Shown: positions 16,054-26,776, numbered from the stretch's first letter. The stretch: DNA of 64,000 bases from Bacteroidia bacterium (GCA_965655465.1 CBFHGY010000002.1:9982-73981), one strand, 5' to 3'. Numbers and translations: made by a program. Notes: a model not told the origin generated them from the letters alone.

Positions 16054-19000
16054 TTAGAACAAATAACGAACACCAATTTGTGCACCCCAAGTAGTAGAAG
16101 TACTGGTAATATCGGTGAAAGTAGTGGTTGGCAAAGCGCCACCTGCAACATTTAATTGGTAAGTTCCATCGGTATTAGCACGCAATACAGCACCGTTATT
16201 AACGGTTAAACGCTGTGCAATACCCCAGTTAGAATTGATCAAGTTGCCCACATTCAAGATGTTAGCACTCAATTGTAATTTGTGGTTGGTACTTCCAATT
16301 TTCTTGAATACATCTTGATAGATGGCCAAGTTAAAACGGTGTAACCATGGGAATAAAGCCGCATTACGATCGGCGAAATTGCCCACATTTTTGCTTAAAT
16401 ACGCATCTTGGTCGATATACGCATCCCAAGCCGCAGCTTGTTCATCAGCAGTATATGTTTTACCGCTTGCAGTGAATTCTTTGAAGGTAATATCAGAAGA
16501 TTTGTGAATGAAAATCAAGTCATTATTTCCTATTCCGTCGTTGTTGATATCCGTAGAATATACGTAGTTAAAGCGACCTGCATTAAAACCTTCGTAACTT
16601 AAGGTTACAGTGGTAGCAAAGTTTTTAGCATATTCTTTCGTATAAGAAATAGCACCGACTACACGGTGAGGAGTTGCAAATTGCGACTGTGCCAAATAAG
16701 GCGTATTTTGGTTTTGACCTAAAGCAGTACCAATGATTGGGTTGTTTGTAAATGCAGAAGCTGCTTGAGATCCTGGATTCGCTGTTATGTCCATGGTATT
16801 GTTATAGGAATAACTTACAAAAAGGTCTAAACCATTGTGGAAGTCTTTCTTTAAGGTAAAAGATGCACTGAAACCTTGACCTTGGTTGGTGTTGCTCATT
16901 ACGATGGCATTACGAACCTTAGAATTGTTAAAACGAGCTGAGCTAGAAGTATACCCCGCGCGCTCCCATGCAGTTCCCGCAAATAACATAGTGTCAGAAG
17001 GAGCCATATTGGCATCAAACTGATAGATATCGTTTAAAGACTTGGTATAAATGATATCCGCAGTAAAGTCGATATCATAAGGTAATTTATAGTCAAAACC
17101 GATACTTGTTCTCCAAACTTGAGGGAAACTAAAACTAGGGTCTACCAATGCATATGACCCTCCTGAAGAAGGCAATGCTGCAGGTTCAGTAGGGAATTTG
17201 CTGTAGTAACCATCCCATTGTGGGTTAAACTGGGTAATGCCATATTGGTCTAATTCAGATTTAGAATCCAAGGTTATTGTAGATTGTAATCCATACGCAT
17301 TCGTAACTTGGTTGGTATACCATACAAAGGGAAGGCGACCGGTAAAGATACCTGTTCCACCTCGAACGATCATAGATTTATCTCCTTTTACATCGTAGTT
17401 AACTCCCACACGAGGAGACCACAAAAGCTTGCTACTTGGCCATTTTGATGGATCGTATGCAAATGCTTCGGTTCCATCTGCGTTTTTAAACGGAGTGGTG
17501 TTAGCATCTGCAAATACGCTGAATCCCCCATTTGCAGAAGCTTCTGTAAGATAAATAGGAACGTCAACACGCAAACCACCGATTAATTTCAATTGGCGAT
17601 TCAAGCGGTATTCATCTTGTACATAAGCAGCAGCTTGTCCAAAGCCCATCTCAGCGATAGGATTATTATTACCATTGTAACCGTAAGTTGCAGCGAAAAC
17701 GGTAGGTTGTTCATCGTTTAAGAACTGTGACAATGAATCGTAGCGGTAGTAGCTGGTTCCATAACGCATGAAGTTATTTCCTACATACATTTGATCGTAA
17801 GCAAGGCCTGCGGTTAACGTGTGTTGTTTGGTATTATAGGTGAAGTTATCAATAAACGAGTATGTATTGTTTACTACTTTATTATTCCAACTAAACAATT
17901 CGTATCCAAAAGAGATATATTGATCGTCGTCTTTTTTAATGTCTACAAAAGGGAAGGGATCGCTACCTGTACCGCGAGCATCAACTACATTGGTAGCTGT
18001 TACCAACAATTGGTTACTCATGCGGCTGTTTAAGTTACTTTTCAATTCCAAAGAAAGAGAACTAACGGTATTCTCAAAAGAATACAATGAATTCTCATAA
18101 CTCATGGCATTGTTACTCCAACGATTAGAGGCAGAACGCGGATTTGGGGCTGAAGTACCGTTGGTAATCTGATCGTTATTGCTTTTTACATAGTTGTAAC
18201 GTGCACTTAATTTGTGCATGTCGTTGATATTCCAGTCTATGCGACCTAACAATTTATAGTTACGGGTACTGAAATTTCCTAAGTCTTCAAAAGCACCGGT
18301 TTCGTAACCGTATTTATCTTTTAAGTGCTTACTCACGGCTTCAAGGTCTGATTTCAAAACACGTGAAGCGTTTGGATCTGCAGGATCTACACCGCTTTGC
18401 GCGGATTTCCAAAGCAATCCGGGTTTGGATGTACTTTCATATTCAGCATTTGCAAAATAGAAAACTTTATCTTTCACCAAGGCGCCGCCTACGCGGAAAC
18501 CATAAATATTGGAAGAAGTAGCAGGTAAATCCTCTAACGTTACATCTCCAATTTTAGTTCCGTTTAAAGATTCGTTACGCATGAATGTGTACACAGAACC
18601 TTCTGTTTTGTTGGAACCACTGCGGGTAATTGCATTTACACCGGCACCGGTGAAATTACTTTGACGCACATCGTAAGGAGAAACGTTAACTTGAACAGCT
18701 TCTATCGCATCTAATGAAATAGGTTGTGCATCTCCACCGGGTAGGTTGTTAGTACTTAACCCGAAATTGTTGTTAAAGTTGGCTCCATCAATGGTGATGT
18801 TATTGAAACGACCGTCGCGACCATTAAAACTATTATTACCACCGGCTTGAGGAGTGAATTTAGTAAAATCGTCAATTGAACGCGCAATAGTGGGTAGGGT
18901 ATTCAATTGCTCTTTAGATAAGTTCAAATTAGAACCCGTTTTGGTACCGGAGTTTCGACTAGAAACAATCGATACTTCGGATAATTTCTCACTGCTTGCA

Positions 19001-19311
19001 CTTAAGTCTAAATCTAATTTGAAATTCTCTCCTAAAACCAAGTAAATATTATCAATGCTGATGGTTTTTGAAGCAGTAACGGTAAGCGTGTAGGGTCCTC
19101 CTGCTTGAACGTTAAAAATATCGTAACCACCACCCACACGGGTATTGGTTTTGTACTTAGCATTGGTGGTTGTGAGCACCAAGTTGATTTTTGCATCTTC
19201 AACGGCAACACCATTATCGGTAATGGTACCCCCGATTGAAGAATTCGTAACCTGTGCCATGCTGAAGGCACTTAAGCAGGCTGCGAATAAAGATAGGATG
19301 AGTTTTTTCAT
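16054..19311 (-). CDS. TonB-dependent outer-membrane receptor, Oar-like, with N-terminal carboxypeptidase-regulatory-like domain
   Basis: The protein is 1085 aa with a signal peptide (MKKLILSLFAACLSAFSMAQ). It has an N-terminal beta-sandwich region, then plug-like and barrel sequence rich in aromatic/Gly beta-strand patterns, ending in ...GVRYLF. No SusD-like partner is adjacent. Confidence 0.8.
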   Translation of the reverse strand: MKKLILSLFAACLSAFSMAQVTNSSIGGTITDNGVAVEDAKINLVLTTTNAKYKTNTRVGGGYDIFNVQAGGPYTLTVTASKTISIDNIYLVLGENFKLDLDLSASSEKLSEVSIVSSRNSGTKTGSNLNLSKEQLNTLPTIARSIDDFTKFTPQAGGNNSFNGRDGRFNNITIDGANFNNNFGLSTNNLPGGDAQPISLDAIEAVQVNVSPYDVRQSNFTGAGVNAITRSGSNKTEGSVYTFMRNESLNGTKIGDVTLEDLPATSSNIYGFRVGGALVKDKVFYFANAEYESTSKPGLLWKSAQSGVDPADPNASRVLKSDLEAVSKHLKDKYGYETGAFEDLGNFSTRNYKLLGRIDWNINDMHKLSARYNYVKSNNDQITNGTSAPNPRSASNRWSNNAMSYENSLYSFENTVSSLSLELKSNLNSRMSNQLLVTATNVVDARGTGSDPFPFVDIKKDDDQYISFGYELFSWNNKVVNNTYSFIDNFTYNTKQHTLTAGLAYDQMYVGNNFMRYGTSYYRYDSLSQFLNDEQPTVFAATYGYNGNNNPIAEMGFGQAAAYVQDEYRLNRQLKLIGGLRVDVPIYLTEASANGGFSVFADANTTPFKNADGTEAFAYDPSKWPSSKLLWSPRVGVNYDVKGDKSMIVRGGTGIFTGRLPFVWYTNQVTNAYGLQSTITLDSKSELDQYGITQFNPQWDGYYSKFPTEPAALPSSGGSYALVDPSFSFPQVWRTSIGFDYKLPYDIDFTADIIYTKSLNDIYQFDANMAPSDTMLFAGTAWERAGYTSSSARFNNSKVRNAIVMSNTNQGQGFSASFTLKKDFHNGLDLFVSYSYNNTMDITANPGSQAASAFTNNPIIGTALGQNQNTPYLAQSQFATPHRVVGAISYTKEYAKNFATTVTLSYEGFNAGRFNYVYSTDINNDGIGNNDLIFIHKSSDITFKEFTASGKTYTADEQAAAWDAYIDQDAYLSKNVGNFADRNAALFPWLHRFNLAIYQDVFKKIGSTNHKLQLSANILNVGNLINSNWGIAQRLTVNNGAVLRANTDGTYQLNVAGGALPTTTFTDITSTSTTWGAQIGVRYLF

Positions 19312-19545
19312 TGTTTTAAAAATGATTTATTTGGTGATACAAATTAACGGCAACAAAAGCAGTAAAATATTACCAAATTATGAACTATCGAACCTGGATG
19401 TTTTACAAAGCGATTTAAATGTTTAAACACTTTGATAAAGCGGACTTTTCACACTTACATCTTTAGCCGTTAATACCACAGAATGCGAATCAACAAGTTA
19501 TTCACCTTTTTTATCGGTTTGTTTTTATCGATTACCGAATAACTA

Positions 19546-19553
19546 TATTTTTG
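19546..19553 (+). promoter_or_regulatory. -7 promoter box TATTTTTG
   Basis: This is an exact TAnnTTTG match ending 9 nt before ATG 19563. It covers the TTG that the ORF track used as a start, so that start is unlikely. Confidence 0.45.
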
Positions 19554-19562
19554 TTCTTTTTT

Positions 19563-20831
19563 ATGCGATATGTTCTTCTGACACTTACCCTGTTATTTAC
19601 GACATTTTTCCCCAAATCGATTATTGCGAAATTTTCACCTGAGGAGATTTCACAAATATTGCAGAAAGTTAATGGAGAACTGCTTGTTAAATTTGGTGAT
19701 CTTGGGGCTGATGAATCGTGTTATTTAGAGGTAGGGGATTCCTTAATTATCATTCCTCAAGGACATCATTACGTATTTTCCTATACACGGGAGCGAGGTG
19801 GCATTGAACGTTTGGATCGCTCGGTGATGCACGGACATAATTTTTTGAGAAAAATATTTCTATACAACGATGAAATTTATGCTTTTGGTGGATACGGTTT
19901 TTGGCAGACCCATGGTAAATTAATTCGATTCAGCCGTCAAACGCACGAATGGGAATTGGTATTGTTGAAGGGCGCACCTCCCACGGGATTGCCTGCCATA
20001 TCATTTTTAAAAGGGGATACTTTATTTGCATTTTATAACATCGAAAAGCATCCCGAATTGAATGTAGATTCGATTTCGAGAAATGCATATATGATTGATA
20101 TGCGCACTAAAATCGCAACAAAATTCAAAATTAAAAATAACAATCATTTCGATTATTACAGACCCAGTTTAAACGATCAAAACTCGCGCTATGCTTTTTA
20201 TGGATTCCAGGGTTCTATTTTGCATATATTTGATAAAGTGGAATTTAAGTTTTATACTACCCATGGATCACCCAATTTATTCAAAGGTTATCCTATGTTA
20301 CGTGGTACGGCATTAGATTCTAATTTTGTGGTTATATATGACGAAACGATTCGGATATTTCCTAAGAATGCACCTGCACTGAATTTCCCAATTCAAGATT
20401 ATTTGGATCTTTATTGTACCTCTATTGAAATGAGAAATCAATTGGTACCCATAGATAAAAAAGAAGGCTTTGTACCCATGGAAAATGTTTGGATTATTGG
20501 AATTGGAACGGCAATTTTGGTGCTTCTATTCTGGTTTTTGGGCAAATTATTTCTTACAGGTAAATCTTTGCTTAAATCTAGATGGTCTAAAGTATACGAC
20601 GTCATGAATCAGCAACCGTATTTTGCTGCAATTCGCACCTTGTCTCCAGGTATTTACAGTGAAAAAGAAATCGATATTGTTTTAAGGATTGTGCATATTC
20701 CGAAACACATCCGAAAACTGAAACGGATTACCCTACTAGAAGAATTAAACCGCTTGCAACCGGGATTTATTGAAAAATATCCAGCAGAGAAAGAAGGTAC
20801 ATCAAGAAGTTATCGAATTAATTATGTTTGA
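19563..20831 (+). CDS. Single-pass membrane protein: signal peptide, Kelch-like repeat ectodomain, TM helix, about 95-aa cytoplasmic tail
   Basis: I place the start at MRYVLLTLTLLF. The segments IYAFGGYGFWQTHGKLIRF and LFAFYN are Kelch-like. The TM helix is VWIIGIGTAILVLLFWFLGKLFL, followed by a basic tail. I did not recognise a family. Confidence 0.6.
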   Translation: MRYVLLTLTLLFTTFFPKSIIAKFSPEEISQILQKVNGELLVKFGDLGADESCYLEVGDSLIIIPQGHHYVFSYTRERGGIERLDRSVMHGHNFLRKIFLYNDEIYAFGGYGFWQTHGKLIRFSRQTHEWELVLLKGAPPTGLPAISFLKGDTLFAFYNIEKHPELNVDSISRNAYMIDMRTKIATKFKIKNNNHFDYYRPSLNDQNSRYAFYGFQGSILHIFDKVEFKFYTTHGSPNLFKGYPMLRGTALDSNFVVIYDETIRIFPKNAPALNFPIQDYLDLYCTSIEMRNQLVPIDKKEGFVPMENVWIIGIGTAILVLLFWFLGKLFLTGKSLLKSRWSKVYDVMNQQPYFAAIRTLSPGIYSEKEIDIVLRIVHIPKHIRKLKRITLLEELNRLQPGFIEKYPAEKEGTSRSYRINYV

Positions 20832-20835
20832 GAAA

Positions 20836-23763
20836 CTAAGAATACATCCATGCAATATTGCGTTTTTCGATGGTTATCGCCGCAACGAATAAATTTTCCA
20901 AGTTTAAATAGGTCTTAAACTGGGCGTTGTAATCGGAATGATAACGTTCATTGAGCAATGCCAATCGGTCTTTTACTAGGGAAATTCCTAAGTTGGTTCC
21001 TCCCGATTTTCCGTTGGTTTTAGCTACTGGATTGGTGATATTAATATGTAATTGATAATTTTCAATAGCGCTAATTTTTACAAGGATATTGCTCGGTTCT
21101 TCGCGATCTTCGAATCGACCATATTTGAGTGCATTCTCTAATAAAGGTTGCAAAATTAAGGGAGGGAGGTACCATTCTCGAGTTTGGATATTGGGCTCAA
21201 CAAGTATCTCAAAATTGATAATGGTATCATCTTCAAAGCGCATTTTTTCTAATTGCATGTATTTTTTTGCAAAATCAAGTTCTTCTTCTAATGAAATTAA
21301 ATCTTTATTAGAGGTTTCCAAAAACATCCTATTTAAAACAGCCAATTTACTCGTTGCTTTCAATGCCTTTGTTTTTTCCGATTTTACAATCAAAGATTGA
21401 ATCAAATTCATGATGTTAAATACAAAATGAGGATTGAGATTCGCTTTTAAAGTGCTCAATTGAAGACTTGCAATTTTTTGATTCATCGATAGTTTTTCTC
21501 TTTGATATTGGAAAATCACATATCCTAATAAACCAAGTGTTATTATCAATACAAACCAAAACCCAACGGTGTAAAACAGTCCTTCCTGAATCCGAAACAA
21601 AATATGTTGCCTGCCTTTTTCGGGCCCAACCTGTATTTTATACACACCATGAGGGAAATTTTCGAGAGCGTATGGTTCATTAACTCGAATGAATTTTCGT
21701 TCAATAAATCCTTTATGATTCCAAATTTCTATAGGTTGACGGCCATATTGGTTGTAAAAATAATTATTGCTTTTTATTAAGAAGGAAAAGGTTTGTCCTA
21801 CCCATGTACGGGGAATAATCGTTTTAAAATTAAAGGACGCTCCCTTAAGAGATAAATCAGATTGGGTTTGAAAATCGAGGGCATTGTTTTGGTCTGTGGG
21901 TATAACCATGATTTCACCTTTCCCTTTTTTGTACAAAAACTCTTGGGTGGTTTGTACGGGTTCGAAACTTAATGGTGATGACCCTAAATAATGTTGCCCC
22001 AAAAATTCTAATTCATAACGAGTATCGTTAATTTTAAATTGATACGCATTGGAACTGTTGCCCATCCATAATGAAGTACCATCAGAATTGATCCATTCAA
22101 TGAGCATGTCTGGGAATAAATCTTTTAAGTTAATCTGATTTAAAGTTTTGATTTTTTTTGAAAATCGATTTAATCCAGATATTCTAATGGTATTGCCTAT
22201 TTGTGTTATCAGGTAATTTCCACAAAAGAAGAATTTATTTTTGGTGATATCCGAAGCTAGATCTGTGCTTAAGGGAATAATGGAGTTGTTTTCAGCAAGC
22301 GCAAAACCTTGATTTTCTATTTGTAACAATAGGTAATTTTTGTTTTGAGCATATTTGACAATGTTTTTAAATTCCGAATTGCGGTTTTTTATTAAACGGC
22401 GCGTTTGGAGATTATAAAAATCCGCTTGACCGAATAATCGAAATAAATACAATTGATCTTGGTGCACACAAAAAGACTCGTAAAATCCTTTTGTGAGTGT
22501 TTTAATTTGTTTGCTTTTTCGATCGAAATAAGATATTTCCGAATTATTCAAGAAATACAAGGTGTCTCGGTATTCTATGATATGTTTGAAACTTCCCGTT
22601 ATGGTCATCACCGACCAATTAGGATGGTTTTTTTGTTTTATGTACGCCGTAAACGAATTCCATGCGACGATATAATTATCGGTTATTTTAAAATCATGAT
22701 ACCCTCCTGGTACTTTTATGTATTTGTCATAATGGGGTTTGAAATAGGCACCATCGGTAAGTGTTGAGAACCAAACGCCTTTATGAAAAGGATCTACAGT
22801 TACTGCCCAAGCGTATTTTCTTTCGTCTAGTATACCTAAATGTATAGTGGCAGGACCATTGGGATCGTGTTTCCAAAAATATCCATTATTTAAATCTATA
22901 TTATTACCGATAGCGAAATAAATCTGCTTTTGGTCGCCATCAATATCCCAGAAGGCAAGTTGTTTACGTTGATCGCTGGTAAATTCATAAACCTTGTAAT
23001 GCATGTTCTGATAATCCACATACATATTGGAAAAAAATCCCATGTAGGTGTGTCCATTAATTTCTTTGGCACACATTATTACGGATCGATTAAGGGTATC
23101 GTAATGATTTTTTTCGAACAAACGATGAGGTACCCATAAACCATCCTTGGTTTGTTTAAAGGGAACGCGGTTTATATAAAATGCAACATGTATTTCTCCA
23201 TTTATGGTAAAAACATCTGTAGGAAAATCATTAGGTTCAACATTTAATAAAGATCGATCGAAAAGTGGATTTACAAAATGAGGAGTAATCCGGGTGATTC
23301 CTTTAGCGTGCACAATGTAAAGTTGTTCATTAATTTTACGAATGCGTCTTATTCTGGGCATTTCAGAATAACTCCAATGGTGCAATAATGCCCCGCTTAA
23401 CAAGTCGAATTTATATAATCCAGAATCAAAGGAAGCCACATAAAAATGATTCCCTAACTGAGAAATGCCCCAAATTTGGGAAAACTTTACACGTTCACAA
23501 ATTTGGTTATCCGCATCGGTATTGTTGGGAAATACATTTAAACCTGCGTCGGTACCAATCCAGATTTTTCCATCTTCACTTACATGAGTTACTCGTGAAA
23601 CATTAGATACCAATCCTTTGAAATCATTAATTTCTTTGCCATAATCTATTTCCTGACCGAAGCATGTAGTAAAACTTCCCCAAGAAAATAAAATTAAATA
23701 AAGGATTGAAAGAGTTTTTTCCCGGTTTTTGATAGGGCTATTTGTGCTCCATTTTTTAAACAT
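20836..23763 (-). CDS. Sensor histidine kinase, LytS/YehU-type (His_kinase + HATPase) with a large beta-propeller-like extracytoplasmic domain
   Basis: The protein is 975 aa. It has an N-terminal signal/anchor and a roughly 700-aa repeat-rich region, then the TM helix FWFVLIITLGLLGYVIFQY. The LKANLNPHFVFNIMNLIQSLI motif (PF06580-type) and a C-terminal ATPase region follow. The 5' end overlaps the regulator gene by 70 nt. Confidence 0.8.
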   Translation of the reverse strand: MFKKWSTNSPIKNREKTLSILYLILFSWGSFTTCFGQEIDYGKEINDFKGLVSNVSRVTHVSEDGKIWIGTDAGLNVFPNNTDADNQICERVKFSQIWGISQLGNHFYVASFDSGLYKFDLLSGALLHHWSYSEMPRIRRIRKINEQLYIVHAKGITRITPHFVNPLFDRSLLNVEPNDFPTDVFTINGEIHVAFYINRVPFKQTKDGLWVPHRLFEKNHYDTLNRSVIMCAKEINGHTYMGFFSNMYVDYQNMHYKVYEFTSDQRKQLAFWDIDGDQKQIYFAIGNNIDLNNGYFWKHDPNGPATIHLGILDERKYAWAVTVDPFHKGVWFSTLTDGAYFKPHYDKYIKVPGGYHDFKITDNYIVAWNSFTAYIKQKNHPNWSVMTITGSFKHIIEYRDTLYFLNNSEISYFDRKSKQIKTLTKGFYESFCVHQDQLYLFRLFGQADFYNLQTRRLIKNRNSEFKNIVKYAQNKNYLLLQIENQGFALAENNSIIPLSTDLASDITKNKFFFCGNYLITQIGNTIRISGLNRFSKKIKTLNQINLKDLFPDMLIEWINSDGTSLWMGNSSNAYQFKINDTRYELEFLGQHYLGSSPLSFEPVQTTQEFLYKKGKGEIMVIPTDQNNALDFQTQSDLSLKGASFNFKTIIPRTWVGQTFSFLIKSNNYFYNQYGRQPIEIWNHKGFIERKFIRVNEPYALENFPHGVYKIQVGPEKGRQHILFRIQEGLFYTVGFWFVLIITLGLLGYVIFQYQREKLSMNQKIASLQLSTLKANLNPHFVFNIMNLIQSLIVKSEKTKALKATSKLAVLNRMFLETSNKDLISLEEELDFAKKYMQLEKMRFEDDTIINFEILVEPNIQTREWYLPPLILQPLLENALKYGRFEDREEPSNILVKISAIENYQLHINITNPVAKTNGKSGGTNLGISLVKDRLALLNERYHSDYNAQFKTYLNLENLFVAAITIEKRNIAWMYS

Positions 23764-24410
23764 ACGATGTTGCTGGTATAACTAGCAATTTGATTTAGAG
23801 GTACAATATACGAGCGATGTATTCGAATAAAGGTGTTTGGAAGTTGAACTTCAATGCTTTTTAATGTTTTGGATGCGATGAACGTTTTAGAATCGGTTAC
23901 TATTTTTGAATAGGCACCTGAAGCTTCAATAAATAAAATATCTTGAAATGAAACCATGATATTTTCACCATTATCTTTAATGACCAAATGTTGGTCTAAG
24001 GAAAGTGGATTCGTTAATTGCTTTTTTAATTCTATTTTACGTTTCAATCGGTCCTTAAATCGAAGGATTTCTGATTCGCTCAAAGGCTTTAGTAAATAAT
24101 CAAAAACATTAGTTTGTATGGCTTCTAAGGCATATTGAGAATGCGCGCTTACAACCACTATAGGAATATCTTCAGTTACATAAGGTTGAATCATAAGTCC
24201 GGTTTCATTGCGCAATTCATAATCGGTAAAAATAACATCGGCTTCAAATTTTTTCAAACAATTAATGGCCTCTTTTAATGAGGAAACCGCTCTTAATTCT
24301 TCAAACATGTCATGAGCAAATTCTCTTAAATAATATTCAATCATTGTTCTGCCGGAAAGCTCATCGTCGATAATTAATGCTTTTAATGCGGAGTTATTTA
24401 TTTCTGACAT
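23694..24410 (-). CDS. LytTR-family response regulator
   Basis: The protein is 238 aa. It has a receiver domain (ALIIDDE...DVIFTDYEL...) and a C-terminal LytTR DNA-binding region (ILFIEASGAYSKIVT...FIRIHRSYIVPLNQI). Confidence 0.85.
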   Translation of the reverse strand: MSEINNSALKALIIDDELSGRTMIEYYLREFAHDMFEELRAVSSLKEAINCLKKFEADVIFTDYELRNETGLMIQPYVTEDIPIVVVSAHSQYALEAIQTNVFDYLLKPLSESEILRFKDRLKRKIELKKQLTNPLSLDQHLVIKDNGENIMVSFQDILFIEASGAYSKIVTDSKTFIASKTLKSIEVQLPNTFIRIHRSYIVPLNQIASYTSNIVCLKNGAQIALSKTGKKLFQSFI

Positions 24411-24433
24411 AATGATGTAAATTCAACTATTCC

Positions 24434-24441
24434 CAAAAGTA
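24434..24441 (-). promoter_or_regulatory. -7 promoter box TACTTTTG for the LytTR regulator / kinase operon
   Basis: Plus-strand caaaagta equals minus-strand TACTTTTG, an exact TAnnTTTG match 24 nt upstream of ATG 24410. Confidence 0.45.
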
Positions 24442-24463
24442 ATGTTACTTTGCGACATTCGCT

Positions 24464-25324
24464 ATGCATGTATTAAAGAATCCTAAAAGTTTGGTATCAA
24501 TAGATGAACAAGGTGCACAAATTGTGGCTTGGTTGGATCTTAAGAAAAATCAACAGGTATTATGGACGGTTAATGAGGCCTACTGGAATCGGGTAGCACC
24601 CGTACTTTTTCCTTTTGTGGGAAGATTAAAGAACGATAGGTACACATTCGGTGGAAGTTCTTACCCAATGAAACAACATGGATTTGCGCGAGATCGTGTG
24701 TTTGACATAATTCAAGCGAGTGATGAAAAGCTGGAATTGCAATTGCGTTCAGATTCCGCATCTCTGGAAATTTATCCCTTTAATTTTGAATTGGGAATCA
24801 CATTTTCCTTATCAGAAAGCACCTTATTAATTGAAAATACGGTGAGAAATATCGATAAGCAACCGCTAATCTGCAGTTTTGGTGCACATCCAGGATTTCA
24901 TTTAGAAGGGCTCATTTCAGAATATGCCATTCAAATTGAGGGTATGGTATCGGCACAGCGGCATTTGATCCAAGAGGGTTTATATACTGGAGACACGGAA
25001 ACGCTGCATTTTGAGGACGGTGGAATTTTAAACCTGAACGAGGACTATTTTGAGCAGGATGCGATTGTATTTAAGCATGAAGACATTCAGAAAATGCGAA
25101 TTTTGAAGCACGGCGATGGGGTTTTGGATTTTGAAACTAAGGGAATTATAGCCCCTTATTGGGGAATTTGGAAAAAGCCTGGAGCTCCTTTTATTTGTAT
25201 AGAACCTTGGTGGGGCATCGCCGACAGCATCAACGCTACCGGAGATTTGACGCAAAAAGAGGGCATGCAGATTATAGAACCTTTAGAAAGTCGTAGGTTT
25301 GTATATCAAATAAAAGTTTTATGA
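24464..25324 (+). CDS. Aldose 1-epimerase family protein
   Basis: The protein is 286 aa with mutarotase-like motifs: PVLFPFVGRL, QHGFARD, FGAHPGF and CIEPW. Confidence 0.7.
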   Translation: MHVLKNPKSLVSIDEQGAQIVAWLDLKKNQQVLWTVNEAYWNRVAPVLFPFVGRLKNDRYTFGGSSYPMKQHGFARDRVFDIIQASDEKLELQLRSDSASLEIYPFNFELGITFSLSESTLLIENTVRNIDKQPLICSFGAHPGFHLEGLISEYAIQIEGMVSAQRHLIQEGLYTGDTETLHFEDGGILNLNEDYFEQDAIVFKHEDIQKMRILKHGDGVLDFETKGIIAPYWGIWKKPGAPFICIEPWWGIADSINATGDLTQKEGMQIIEPLESRRFVYQIKVL

Positions 25325-25731
25325 AAGAAACGATATTAATAGTTGCCGTGTTGATTATGGTAATCAATACCTTTTATGGGAGGCATCAATCGGAAAAGGC
25401 CTTGGCGCTGTTGACCGATGAAGAACGAGGACGTTTTGTTGGTCAATTTGCAAAATTGAGAACCCTGAACTTATATGCATTGATGATCGTTTTGGCCTTG
25501 CAATTTGTATTGGTGTATTATGGTCCTAAAAATTTAAATCCTGCACTCATGTATACAGGAATTATTGCGGTGTATTTGGGGATCACGCAGTTTCTCTCCC
25601 ACAGAAAAATGAGTGAGGTAGAAGTTCCTGATTCCTACCGGAAAATGTATAACCGTAATGCGAAGATGCGGTGGGCAAGCCAGTTGTTGATGATCGCTGC
25701 TGCGGTGTATTATATTTTGGGAACTCCTTGA
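25321..25731 (+). CDS. Membrane protein, unknown function
   Basis: The protein is 136 aa with four hydrophobic segments and a 4-nt overlap with the epimerase gene. Confidence 0.5.
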   Translation: MKETILIVAVLIMVINTFYGRHQSEKALALLTDEERGRFVGQFAKLRTLNLYALMIVLALQFVLVYYGPKNLNPALMYTGIIAVYLGITQFLSHRKMSEVEVPDSYRKMYNRNAKMRWASQLLMIAAAVYYILGTP

Positions 25732-25810
25732 TTAGGCTATAGTCCAGTACATCGGAGTTGCAAAATATTCCCCACTTACGAGTAAACGTCTATACGATTT
25801 GTTGCGCCGA

Positions 25811-26776
25811 TTATATAAGGCCTGTAACGGTCTTTTCTCTTAGAATCTTGCCCGTGCTCGAATAAGCGAAGTTACTGCGCTGATATACGGCTTTTGGGTT
25901 ATAAAACCTTGATGAAAACTGCAAATTTAAAGGAAGTTGAAGCCCATTTTTGGTATAAAGTACCAATTTTTGACCTAAAATCGGATCTTCTTCATACCAG
26001 CAGAAAAAATCTTCGGCCTGCCATCCAGTTAGCCCTTGAAGTTCCGCTTCTACGCGTTCAAGTTGTATTTTTATTCCGCCGCTATTGATGGTGAAATCGC
26101 TGCGACCTATCCATTTAAAAGTATTTTTGGGAAATAATTCTATTATATCATGGGTTTGCATCCATTGATTTTTAGTGCAGGGATTTCGAAGACGCAAACC
26201 CGTATCATTCGCTTCAATTTCCGTTTCATCGATAAGTCGATATAAAGGTTCTCCTAGTGTTCTGCCCGCAAAATGCGAGTAGGTTTCGGTCATTCCAAAG
26301 GTGTGCACCCAGTTGGTATGAGGGAAATCCTGTAATAAGCGATCCTCTAATTCTTGCGAAATAGGACCGCCACCAATTAAAATATTTTGAAATTGATGCA
26401 ACTTTTCTCTCGATACGTCATGGTTTAAAATGTGTTCAATCTGCATGGGGGTAAAGGAACTAAGTTTCGCATTACCGGAATATTCCAGCAATGGATTACT
26501 GCAAGGTTCTATCGCGTCAAATGCGGTTCCCCAAGTTTGTGCCCGTGCCCATTGCATGAAGCCTCCTGTTTTGTCTAAAGGCAATGCAATCAGTTGTTTA
26601 AGTTTCGTGCCTTTAATAAAATGTTTGCGGGTTTGTTCAGCACTCCACCGCATTAAATGGGTTTCGAAATAATAGGTTTTAGGATCGCCGGTACTCCCCG
26701 AACTTTGCAATTCAAAGCGTCCGTTATGGTTCCATTTTTGAATCCAATCTGTAGGGATTAACTCAGTTCCAAGCAT
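25811..26776 (-). CDS. Short adenylate-forming (AMP-binding) enzyme, O-succinylbenzoate-CoA ligase-like
   Basis: The SSGSTGDPK and FGMTET motifs of the ANL superfamily are present. The short 321-aa form is typical of Bacteroidota MenE-like proteins. The specific substrate is not established. Confidence 0.6.
   Translation of the reverse strand: MLGTELIPTDWIQKWNHNGRFELQSSGSTGDPKTYYFETHLMRWSAEQTRKHFIKGTKLKQLIALPLDKTGGFMQWARAQTWGTAFDAIEPCSNPLLEYSGNAKLSSFTPMQIEHILNHDVSREKLHQFQNILIGGGPISQELEDRLLQDFPHTNWVHTFGMTETYSHFAGRTLGEPLYRLIDETEIEANDTGLRLRNPCTKNQWMQTHDIIELFPKNTFKWIGRSDFTINSGGIKIQLERVEAELQGLTGWQAEDFFCWYEEDPILGQKLVLYTKNGLQLPLNLQFSSRFYNPKAVYQRSNFAYSSTGKILREKTVTGLI

Noticed and set aside
23694-23763. 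The 70-nt overlap between the LytTR regulator and the histidine kinase ORFs considered as evidence of a frameshift or pseudogene.
   Set aside because: Both ORFs are full length with intact domains. The overlap more likely reflects an unannotated non-ATG kinase start or a genuine overlap.
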